A stretch of 64,000 nt of DNA, taken from Myxococcales bacterium (lineage in GTDB: Bacteria; Myxococcota_A; Bradymonadia; UBA7976; UBA1532). The position numbers were made by a program, and so were the translations under genes. This document shows, one piece after another, positions 10,998 to 19,219 of this stretch. Within the stretch, counting starts at the first letter, position 1. Each line of letters begins with the position of its first letter. Where the stretch lies: assembly GCA_020633465.1 (NCBI GenBank), contig JACKDN010000006.1:111047-175046 (forward strand), read 5' to 3'. The notes beneath the pieces are model-generated. The model ran no database searches. It saw only the letters and a program-made list of their open reading frames with translations, and was not told where the DNA came from.

Positions 10998-11449
10998 AGG
11001 TCGCGTTCGACACGTCCGTGCTGGTCGCCGCCAGCATCGTCGGCCACCCCCACGAAGCCAGGGCGCTCGCCTGGGTGCAAGCCGCCCGGCGCGGCGAGAT
11101 CGAAGGTGCGGTGAGCACGCACGCGCTCGCCGAGACCTGGGCAACGCTCACCGCGCTCCCCGTCGAGCCCCGCGTCGCGCCGACCGCTGCCGCGCGGGTG
11201 GTCGAGCGACTCGAAGAGCACCTCGAGGTGCTCGAGATCTCGACCGCGGTGTATCGAGAAGCGATCCGTCGATGCGCGGACCGCGGCCACCGCTCCGGCG
11301 CCCTGTACGACGCCCTCCATCTCGTCACCGCCGAACACTGGCGGGCCGACGTCATGCTCACCTTCAACACGGCGCACTTCACCCGGCTTGCTCGCGAGGA
11401 AGGGCCGCGGGTGCTGGCACCACCGGATCCGCCGAGCGTTCTGCGCTGA
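10994..11449 (+). CDS. vapC: PIN-domain toxin VapC
   Basis: VAFDTSVLV ... LTFNTAHF, with the conserved acidic residues. Confidence 0.85.
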   Translation: MKVAFDTSVLVAASIVGHPHEARALAWVQAARRGEIEGAVSTHALAETWATLTALPVEPRVAPTAAARVVERLEEHLEVLEISTAVYREAIRRCADRGHRSGALYDALHLVTAEHWRADVMLTFNTAHFTRLAREEGPRVLAPPDPPSVLR

Positions 11450-11547
11450 CGACGGACTCGCCGTCGCCCGTTGCCAGACCCGAGCAGCAGGCGACGCGAT
11501 GGCGCCGCCGATCCCGTGTTCAGATTTGGGGGCACCAGAAGCAGCCC

Positions 11548-11640
11548 CTGGCACAGCGAGGGCCGCGGGTACTGAGCGCGCGGACAGACGCGGCGCCGCG
11601 TGGGCGTCGTCGTGGTCGTCGTGGTCGGCCCGAGACGCTG
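11548..11640 (+). repeat. direct repeat DR2 (copy of the NUDIX 3' end)
   Basis: See DR1. Together they flank the first TA module (~1 kb). Confidence 0.7.
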
Positions 11641-11704
11641 CAGGACAGGCCCCGCCCGGTTGACCAGGCAGCCTGGTCAGACTACCGTTTCGGAGGAGGC
11701 CGCC

Positions 11705-11962
11705 ATGTCGCATCCGATCCGCACCGTGAACGTTCAGGACGCGAAGACGCACCTCTCGCGCCTGCTGCGCGCCGTCGAAGCCGGCGAGGAGATCGCGATC
11801 GCGCGCGCAGGCACCGTCATCGCCCGGCTGGTACGGGCCGAGCAGCCAACGCAGCGCACGTGGGGCGGCCTCGAGGGTTGGGTGCAGATGGGCGAAGACG
11901 CGTTCGCACCGCTTACCGACGCCGAGGCCGACGAGTGGGACGAGGGGCCTCTCGAACCTTGA
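11705..11962 (+). CDS. vapB: Phd/YefM-family antitoxin
   Basis: NVQDAKTHLSRLLRAVEAGEEIAIARAG, GGAGGAGG RBS. Confidence 0.8.
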   Translation: MSHPIRTVNVQDAKTHLSRLLRAVEAGEEIAIARAGTVIARLVRAEQPTQRTWGGLEGWVQMGEDAFAPLTDAEADEWDEGPLEP

Positions 11963-12348
11963 AGCCCGTCCTGCTCGATACCCACGTGTTCGTCTGGGCC
12001 CTCACCGCCACCGAGCGCGTGCCCGAGGCGGCGTGGCCCATCCTCCGGGATCCGGAGCGTCGGCTGCTGCTCAGCGTGGCGAGCGCCTGGGAGTTGGCAG
12101 TGAAGTCAGCCCGTGGCCGCATTCGACTGCCCGGTGGCGTCGCCCGCTTCGTCGCCGAGGGCTGCCGTCGAAGCGGGGTCGACCTGCTCGGCGTCGATCT
12201 CGAACACGCCGCCGCGGTCGAGCGCCTGCCTCATCACCACCGTGATCCCTTCGACCGGATGCTCGTCGCGCAGGCGCAGGCCGAGGGCTTCGCGCTGCTC
12301 ACCTACGACCGGGCGTTGGACGCCTACGACGTCGATCGCGTGGGATGA
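11959..12348 (+). CDS. vapC: PIN-domain toxin VapC
   Basis: VLLDTHVFVWAL...SAWELAVKS..., TTG start overlapping antitoxin stop. Confidence 0.8.
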   Translation: MKPVLLDTHVFVWALTATERVPEAAWPILRDPERRLLLSVASAWELAVKSARGRIRLPGGVARFVAEGCRRSGVDLLGVDLEHAAAVERLPHHHRDPFDRMLVAQAQAEGFALLTYDRALDAYDVDRVG

Positions 12349-12443
12349 GCAGAGATGAGCGTCGATTCTGGGCGCGTCGCCCGGCACACCGCTGTTTGCA
12401 TTCCTCACCTGCCGGTCTCACCCTCGGCCTAAGGGAGGTCCGC

Positions 12444-12704
12444 ATGGCGACCGCGACGATGTCGACGAAGGGCCAGATCGTCATTCCCCGCGCCTTGCGC
12501 GAGCAGCTCGGGTGGGCCGCGGGCACCACGCTGAAGGTCGAGGTGCAGGGCAGCGCGCTCGTATTGAGGACGACCCCCGCGGTCGAGCCCACCACCGTCG
12601 ACGACTTGCTCGGGTGCCTCCCCTACGACCGCCGGGCCAAGACGATCGAGGAGATGGACCAGAGTGTCGCCGCCGGCGCCCGAGCGAGCGACGCCTCGCG
12701 ATGA
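12444..12704 (+). CDS. vapB: AbrB/SpoVT-family antitoxin
   Basis: MATATMSTKGQIVIPRALREQLG, AAGGGAGG RBS. Confidence 0.75.
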   Translation: MATATMSTKGQIVIPRALREQLGWAAGTTLKVEVQGSALVLRTTPAVEPTTVDDLLGCLPYDRRAKTIEEMDQSVAAGARASDASR

Positions 12705-13010
12705 CCGCCCTCGACACCCACGTAACTCGTGCGCCTCCTGACGCGAGACGACCCGCAGCAGGCCGCCGTCGCCGCCGAGGTGATGCGCGGCGAAGACCTC
12801 TTCGTCTCGAAGACCGTGTTGCTCGAGCTCGAGTGGGTCCTCCGGTTCACCTATCGATTCGAGGCGGCGGCGATCAACCGCGCGCTGCGGGGGCTGTTAG
12901 GGCTGCCCACGCTCACCGTCGAGGACAGCGCCACGGTGCTGGACGCTCTCGACGCCCACGCCGCCGGCCTGGACTTCGCGGACGCCCTGCATCTGGCCGC
13001 CAGCCCAAAG
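12701..13010 (+). pseudogene. vapC: vapC (PIN) pseudogene: 1-nt frameshift at ~12722 and 3'-truncated by IS insertion at ~13005
   Basis: MTALDTHV then +1 shift to LVRLLTRDDPQQAAVAAE...DFADALHLAAS; the PIN C-terminus is missing. Deleting one A in CACGTAACTCGTG restores the frame. Confidence 0.6.
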
Positions 13011-13251
13011 GTGTTGCCGAGCAGGCTATCCGATGCCGGTCCGCGCAGCCTGCCTGATGGACGCCGCGGCTCGAAGCGAGCACCGCCACGATGGACACCC
13101 AACCGATCGGTGAAACGGCGCCACGGCCGATGCCCACCGCCGGCTGGCGTGCGGCACCACGATAGAGATGGACGTCAGGAGGCTGGCAGCGTGGCGCCAG
13201 CGAGGATGGGCACCGCGGCGGTGGAGGGCGCCGCCGGGGCGGCGATGGCCG

Positions 13252-14058
13252 TCAGTGCTTGTGCACGTTGGCGACGCGCAGGAGCAACTCGCGGTCGACC
13301 TGGGCGTGCTGGCCGCGGGCGGCGGCTTTGAGGGCGGCGGTGGCGATGCGATCGACGTCGCGGAGGCGACCGCCGCAGGCCTCGTGGAGGAGGGCGAGGG
13401 CGTCGGAGCTGAAGAGCATCCGCTCGGTGCCGGCGAGGCGGAGACGGTGGCGCACGTAGGCGGTGGTGTCGCCGGGCTCCGGCTCGGGCAGCCGCAGCCG
13501 GGTGTGGATCCGGCTCCAGAGCGAACGGTTGTGCCGGACGGTCATCCGGTCCCACAGATCGGGCAAGCCGGCGAGCACGAGCGTTAGGAGCGGGCGCGAG
13601 TCCCACTCGTGGTTGGCGAGGATGTGCAGGTGATCGAGGACGTCCTGGTGCAGCAGGTGCGCCTCGTCGATCACGAACACGGGGTGCAGCTGCTCGCAGC
13701 TCAGCTCGTTGACGTACTCGCCGAGCGCGTTGAACACACCGGCGGCGGTCGCCTTCGGGTTCAGTCCGATCGCTCGACAGATGTGGCGGTAGAAGTCGCG
13801 TCGTCCGAGGGTCGCGTTGTGGCAGTAGGTGAGGCGCACAGGGCGGTTGCTCAGCCGGTGACGCAGCACCCGCAGAACGCAGCTCTTGCCCTGGCCGGCC
13901 TCACCGACGATCAGGATGCCGGTCTGCCGCTCCTCGATCGCCTCGACGACCTCGTCCACGGCCGCTTCCTTGGCGGCCGTGAGCCAGAGATCCTGGTCGG
14001 CGATGCTCTTGCCGAAGGGCGCGAGGCGCAGCTCGAAGTGGTCGAGCCAGTACATCAT
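13252..14058 (-). CDS. transposition helper AAA ATPase (TniB/ExeA-like)
   Basis: Walker A ILIVGEAGQGKS, Walker B VFVIDEAH. ATG overlaps tnpA stop (ATGA). Confidence 0.8.
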   Translation of the reverse strand: MMYWLDHFELRLAPFGKSIADQDLWLTAAKEAAVDEVVEAIEERQTGILIVGEAGQGKSCVLRVLRHRLSNRPVRLTYCHNATLGRRDFYRHICRAIGLNPKATAAGVFNALGEYVNELSCEQLHPVFVIDEAHLLHQDVLDHLHILANHEWDSRPLLTLVLAGLPDLWDRMTVRHNRSLWSRIHTRLRLPEPEPGDTTAYVRHRLRLAGTERMLFSSDALALLHEACGGRLRDVDRIATAALKAAARGQHAQVDRELLLRVANVHKH

Positions 14059-15400
14059 GACGCCTCCCGCGACGAGCGCCCGAAGACGCGGTCGAGCAGG
14101 ACGGTCGCCGGATCGAAGGCCACGGTGTCGATGCCGGGCTTCGGCTGGAAGCCCTTGTGCCGCTCGCGCCGCTTGCCGTTGGCGACGGGATCCACGTAGC
14201 GCAGCGGGTGTCGCTTCTCTTCGTGGACCAGGACCGGTGGCGCCTGGGGCTCGAGCAGGCAACGCTCGATGCGCACCATGCGGCCAGCGAGGAAGCGGAG
14301 GTCGGTCTCCCAGTCGACGCCACCGACGCTCAGCGTTCCGTCGCGCCGGACGCGGCGTCGGCCGTGCGCGGTCAGCGCCGTCTGCAGCTCGGCCTCGTCG
14401 AGCGCGCGCAGCGTGCGCTCGGCCCACACCTCGTTCGGGGCGCTCCCCATGAGTCCGCCGTGGGGCGCGCGGTGGTAGTGGGCGTCGAGCCACGCGAGCA
14501 GGCGCACCTGCACGTCGTGCAGTCGCCCGACCTGGCCGATGTGGTCGAGGCAGCCCTCGCGGAGCGTTCGCCAGAAACGCTCCATCTTGCCGCGCGCCTG
14601 GGGATCGTAGGGGCGCGCGTGAACCAGGGAGACGCGCAGTCGGCTGCACGCGGTGGCGAGCATGTCGCCCGTGTAGGTGGGGCCGTTGTCGAGGTAGAGC
14701 GTTCCCGGCGCGCCGAAGCGGCGCAGGGCGCGGCTGAACAGCTCCAGCATCTCGATCTCGCGCTCGGTGCTGCAGGCCATCAGCGCGACGACGTAGCGGG
14801 ACGCGTCGTCGAGGATGGCGTGGATGCGCAGCGGTGTGCGCTGACCGTCGAGGGTCAGGATCGGGCCGTGGCAGACGTCGGCGTGCCACAGTTGGCCGGC
14901 GCGCTCCGCCTGCCAGCGGCGACGCGCCGCGGGATCGTACTGGCGCCGGCGGGGCAGGCGCGGGAGGCCAGCGTCGCGGAACAGCCGACGGACGGTCGAC
15001 GCCGACACCTGCTCGTCGTCGAGGCGCCCGTCGAGCACGAGGGTCCGCAGGATCAGCTCGGCCGAGGCGCTGGGGTGCTCGCGCCGGATGTCGCAGAGCA
15101 GCTGGCGCTGCGCTGCGCCGCGGTCAGGTCGCGGGCGTGGCCGGCGTCGCTGCGGCGGCGCGGCCGCAGCGCGTCGAGGCCGCCGCGCTTGTAGGCGTAG
15201 AACCAACGCTCCATCGTCGAGACGCCGTAGGTCCGCGTGGTGGAGGCGCCGGGCGGGCGGCGCCGGATGCGGCTCATGCGGCGCAGCTCCGCGCGCAGCT
15301 CGCCGTGGCGGAACTCCTGGGTGACGAGCGGTCCGATGATCTGCGCACGGAAGTGTGCGACGGCCTCCGCGTGGTCGCGCGGGGCAAGCTCCAGGGTCAT
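14055..15400 (-). pseudogene. DDE integrase-core (rve) transposase, interrupted by a 5-nt (AGCGC) duplication near 15115
   Basis: N-terminus MTLELAPRDHAEAVAHF...DLTAAQR joins QLLCDIRREH... in another frame. D..D..E core (HADVCHG...LYLDNGPTY...MERFWRTL). GGAGG RBS. Confidence 0.75.
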
Positions 15401-15570
15401 GTCGACCTCCGTTCTTGGGCGCCTTCCAGCAGGCGCCAGGGAGGTTTCGCAGGGTTCGGCGAGCGCCGGCAGGATCCTACCTGGTGGGCTCCTTCCGTCC
15501 GCTGGGCACAGGGGGTGGCCATCACCGAGGTTGCAGGGACGCCGCGAAGATCCGGGCCTGGATGCCGCGC

Positions 15571-15599
15571 CCCGGGACTCTAAGTCCTCCGAAAACACT
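15571..15599 (+). repeat. R motif copy A (terminal hairpin motif CCCCGGGACTCTAAGTCCTCCGAAAACACT)
   Basis: GGACT-cta-AGTCC hairpin core. Identical copies at 17897 and 18423, a degenerate one at 18738. Confidence 0.8.
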
Positions 15600-15790
15600 T
15601 AGCTTTCTGGCCGAGGCCGTCGAGCGGCCGCCCGGGGGACGTCCAGACGGCCGTCTTCGGCCGCCGTCGGGCCGCCTTCCGGTGCTGATCGGGGTCAATG
15701 GGCGCCGGCGCGCCGTATTCGGCGCGCACCTCAGCGTATGCGCGGCGGGGCGCGCGGGGGATGGCGGGTTCGGGAGGGCCGGCGGCGGCG

Positions 15791-16888
15791 TCAGCCGTCG
15801 CCGATCACCCTCGGGGGGTCGCCCCACTTGGCCGGCCAGCGCGGCAGGGGGGCGTCGGGCGGGAGGAAGGGGCCGACGATGGGGGCGTCGTCGAAGGCGT
15901 CGTTGATCACCGGCGGGTAGTCGAAGCCGTCGGGCAGGTCGGTCCAGGGGTGCTCTGGGTCGGCGTCGTCGTGGGTGACGGCGGCGCGGCCCCGCTCGAC
16001 GACCTTGGCCACGGCCGCCATCACGGCGCCGGTGCCCTCGCGGCGGGCTTCGTAGGCGGCTTTGAGCAGCTCGTCGGCCAGCGGGCCCATCGCCGAGAAG
16101 GCGGGGCAGCGGCTGCGCTTCACCTCGGCGGGCTCGTACATGGGCGAGATGGCGAGGGCGGCGGGGACGCCGACGAAGTGCTTGTCGGCGTGGTCGGCGA
16201 CGACGTTGTCGAACACCTTCTTGCAGAAGGCGCGGTACCGCTCGGCGGGGTAGCGCTCCCAGCCGGTCAGCGGCGTCAGCTTGACGATCACCTCGCGGTA
16301 GAAGGGCGTGCGGTCGTCGGGGCGGCCCTTGTCGTCCCAGGCCTGGTAGTCGAACCAGAGGCCGCGCGGGCTCGTGCCGTTCAGCAGGTGGTCGACGCAC
16401 TGCAGGCCGGGCCACTGGTTCGGCCTCGGCGTCACGCCGTCTTTTGTGAGGTGTGCGAGGATGTAGGCGAACCAGAACTCCTCGGCCTCGACGTCGAGGA
16501 TGGTGCTCGCGCGGAAGGGGCCGTCCCACACGGGGCCGGACGTCTCGTAGGTCTTGTGCGTCAGGCGCGCGAAGCCGGCCTTCACGTACTGCATGAACGC
16601 GCTGATGGCGCCGGGGCGGTCCGAGCGCAGCAGGCAGTGGAGGTGGTTCGAAGCCACCACGGCGATCGCGACGTCGACGCCGTACCGGATCTGGGCGCGG
16701 CCGATGATGCCCCACATCAGCAGGACGAACAGGCCGCCCTCCTCGGGCGGGACGAAGGCGTAGCGGCCGCGCACGACCCGGCTGCTCACGTGCACCCAGT
16801 GGCCGCGCGGCATGCAGCGGTGGCGGGGGTTGCGCTTCTTGGCGCGGTAGCGGACGCGGCGGCCGAGGCTCTCGTTGAGGGCGGGCAT
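15791..16888 (-). CDS. HuH-Y1 (IS200/RAYT-like) transposase with ~200-aa C-terminal extension of unknown function
   Basis: VVASNHLHCLL (HuH) and FWFAYILAHLTKDGV (catalytic Tyr, RAYT-like YI..NPVKAGLV). GGAGGAG RBS. Confidence 0.7.
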   Translation of the reverse strand: MPALNESLGRRVRYRAKKRNPRHRCMPRGHWVHVSSRVVRGRYAFVPPEEGGLFVLLMWGIIGRAQIRYGVDVAIAVVASNHLHCLLRSDRPGAISAFMQYVKAGFARLTHKTYETSGPVWDGPFRASTILDVEAEEFWFAYILAHLTKDGVTPRPNQWPGLQCVDHLLNGTSPRGLWFDYQAWDDKGRPDDRTPFYREVIVKLTPLTGWERYPAERYRAFCKKVFDNVVADHADKHFVGVPAALAISPMYEPAEVKRSRCPAFSAMGPLADELLKAAYEARREGTGAVMAAVAKVVERGRAAVTHDDADPEHPWTDLPDGFDYPPVINDAFDDAPIVGPFLPPDAPLPRWPAKWGDPPRVIGDG

Positions 16889-17227
16889 GGGTCTCCTCCG
16901 GGCAAATCGGGGGAGATCCATCGGACAGCGGCGGCGCGTGTTGCGCGGCGGCGGTCGATTTCTCGAATTTCGCTCGACGCGGCGGTCGCGGTCACGGGAG
17001 TTCATCCACCCGCGATCAACCGCTCACTCTCCGTCGGCACGAACGCGACGTCAGGCGCGAGCGCTGCTCGTGCACGGCCCGGTCGGCCAGGCGGGCGCCT
17101 CGCGCCCAGCACGCATGCGAAGCGCCGCCTCCGAGCGTCCGGCGCGACCGGTCGTCAGCCGGGCGCGCGCCGGTAGTGCAGGGCGACCGCGCCGTTGCTG
17201 AGCGGCTTCGCCGAGACCAATACGAGC

Positions 17228-17896
17228 CGTCGTGTGCTGGGTGAGTCTGATACCCAATTCTGGCCCCACTTGAGGGCAAACTGATCTCCAGAAATGGCCC
17301 CACCTCGGCCACAACTACCCCGGAGACGTTGGACGGCGTTTCGGGGGACGGAGATGACCAAGGTGGAGCTGTTCGAAGCTATCAGACGCGATCGACACGT
17401 GCAGCAGAAGAGCGTGCGCGAGATCGCCCGGGATCGCGGGATCCATCGAAGGACGGTGAGGCAGGCGCTCGAGAGCGCGGTGCCGCCGGCGCGGAAGCGG
17501 ACCGAGCGGGAGGCGTCGGTGCTGACCGCGGCCATGCGCCAGCTGATCGACGCGTGGCTCGAGGGGGATCGCGAGGCGCCGCGCAAGCAGCGGCACACGG
17601 CGCGGCGGATCTGGCAGCGGCTGCGCTCGGAGCAGGACTTCCGGGGGGCGGAGTCGACGGTGCGGCGCTACGTCGGGCGGCGACGGCGTGAGCTCGGCGC
17701 CGGCCGCAAGGACGTGACCATGATCCTGGTCCACGAGCCCGGGGCGGAGGCCGAGGTGGACTGGTACGAGGCGGCGGTGGACTTCCCGGGCGGCCGCCAG
17801 ACCGTGCAGGTGTTCGCCATGCGCGCCTGCTACAGCGGCCGGGAGTTCCACATGGCGTTCCCCCGAGCCACGCAGCGCGCGTTCCTCGAGGCCCAC
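17228..17896 (+). mobile_element. IS21-family fragment: left end plus istA codons 1-181, truncated by R copy B
   Basis: TGTGCTGGGTGAG... terminus with GGCCCCAC direct repeats. IstA HTH MTKVELFEAIRR...PRKQRHTARRIWQRL...EVDWYEAAV ends abruptly at ..EAHAQA|R. Confidence 0.75.
17354..17896 (+). pseudogene. istA: istA (IS21 transposase) 5' fragment
   Basis: See above. Confidence 0.8.
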
Positions 17897-18422
17897 GCGC
17901 AGGCGCCCCGGGACTCTAAGTCCTCCGAAAACACTCAGCTTTCTGGCCGAGGCCGTCGAGCGGCCGCTCGTGGGCTGGCCAGACGGCCGACTTCGGCCAC
18001 CGTCGGGCCGACTTCGGGTGCTGATCGGGGTCGATGAGCGCGGCGGCGCCGGCTTCGGCGCGCACATGGGCGACGGCGCGGCGGGGCGCGCGGGGGATGG
18101 CGGGTTCGGGAGGGCCGGCGGCGGCGTCAGCCGTCGCCGATCACCCTCGGGGGGTCGCCCCACTTGGCCGGCCAGTTCGGCAGCGGCGCGTCGGGCGGGA
18201 GGAAGGGGCCGACGATGGGGGCGTCGTCGAAGGCGTCGTTGATCACCGGCGGGTAGTCGAAGCCGTCGGGGAGGTCGGTCCAGGGGTGCTCGGGGTCGGC
18301 GTCGTCGTGGGTGACGGCGGCGCGGCCCTGCTCGACGACCTTGGCCACGGCCGCCATCACGGCGCCGGTGCCCTCGCGGCGGGCTTCGTAGGCGGCCTTT
18401 AGCAGTTCGTCGGCCAGGGCGC
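17897..18422 (+). repeat. partial copy B of element X 3' end (R plus 3' part of the Y1 gene)
   Basis: Encodes orphan Y1 C-terminus LADELLKAAYEARREG...PRVIGDG (ORF 18127..18450). Confidence 0.8.
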
Positions 18423-18766
18423 CCCGGGACTCTAAGTCCTCCGAAAACACTCAGCTTTCTGGCTGAGGCCGTCGAGCGGCCGCCCGGGGGACGTCCAGAC
18501 GGCCACGCTCGGCCCCCGTTGGGCCGCCTTCCGGTGCTGATCGGGCTCGATGGGCGCCGGCGCGCCGGATTCGGCGCGCACCTCGGCGCGACGGCGCGGC
18601 GGGACGCGGGGCGGATGGCGGGTTCGAGAGGGCCGGCGGCGGCGTCAGCCGTCGCCGATCGACCCGGGGTCGCCGCCACTTAGCCGGCCAACGCGGCAGC
18701 GGGCGTCGGCGGGAGGAAGGGGCCGACGATGGGGGCGCCCCGGAACCTGCTCAAGTCCTCCGAAAC
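18423..18766 (+). repeat. partial copy C of element X 3' end (diverged, internally deleted), followed by degenerate R copy D (18738..18766)
   Basis: Alignment to 15571..15895. R_D = CCCCGGAACCTGCTCAAGTCCTCCGAAAC. Confidence 0.7.
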
Positions 18767-19146
18767 GTCGAGGAGCTTGCCGCTGCCGAGGAGCACGCCG
18801 GCCGGGTCGCGTCCTTGAGCGTCTGCACGCTGCTGCAAAGGTCGCCGGCGATGTGGTGGCTGTTGGTCCACGGGAAGCGGGTTCGCGTCGACGACACGAC
18901 GTACTTCGGCTTGGCTTCCAGCTTGACCGCCCACTCGCGGATCGCAGGCGGGGCCTCCTCGTCACCGCGGGCGACCGCCGGCCAGTAGCTCTCCATCATC
19001 TCGTAGGTGACGCGGCCCCACAGCATCGCCCCGCCCTCGTCCATGAGGCGGGTAAAGAAGGCGTGCGTCTCGTCGTCGGCGATGCCCTCTTGGTGGTCGA
19101 CGCATCCGTCGAGGGTGACGTTGAGGCCGAAGGTCAGAAGTCCCAT
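18767..19146 (-). pseudogene. RibD C-terminal-domain/DHFR-family protein, internal frameshift and 3'-truncated at R copy D
   Basis: MGLLTFGLNVTLDG...WPAV...KPKYVVSSTR...NSHHIAGDL..LKDATRPAG/VLLGSGKLLD, then the ORF ends at R_D. Confidence 0.65.
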
Positions 19147-19219
19147 GCGAGTCCACTCCAGGCCGTGCTCGGTGCCAGGCAGATAGGGGAGGCAGGTCGT
19201 CGGCGACGGCGCCCCCGCG

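Larger units (their letters stand above)
13005..15570 (-). mobile_element. insertion sequence (DDE rve-type transposase plus TniB/ExeA-like ATPase, two-gene Mu/Tn552-like module); ends approximate
   Basis: Interrupts vapC on one side and abuts R motif copy A on the other. No clear inverted repeats found. Confidence 0.5.
15571..17227 (-). mobile_element. putative HuH/Y1 (IS200-like) element X, full copy; 5' boundary approximate
   Basis: Contains the Y1 gene. 3' end defined by R. 15571..16082 is repeated at 17897..18422 (~97% identity) and 18423..18737 (~87%). Confidence 0.45.

Noticed and set aside
15571-15599. R as the terminal repeat of the DDE insertion sequence rather than of the Y1 element
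   Set aside because: In 3 of 4 copies R is contiguous with Y1-element 3' sequence, and only once with the insertion sequence. No inverted copy of R exists at the other end of that insertion sequence.
13000-15600. Terminal inverted repeats for the DDE insertion sequence
   Set aside because: Comparing 13000-13070 with the reverse complement of 15500-15570 showed no convincing inverted repeat, so the insertion sequence's boundaries are left approximate.
18738-18766. R copy D as a native part of the DHFR-family ORF (reads in frame as ..DVSEDLSRFRGAP..)
   Set aside because: The sequence does not fit the RibD_C consensus after the GSG motif, and it is ~80% identical to the R motif. More likely an inserted or diverged R than coding sequence, though the att-site alternative is kept open in findings.
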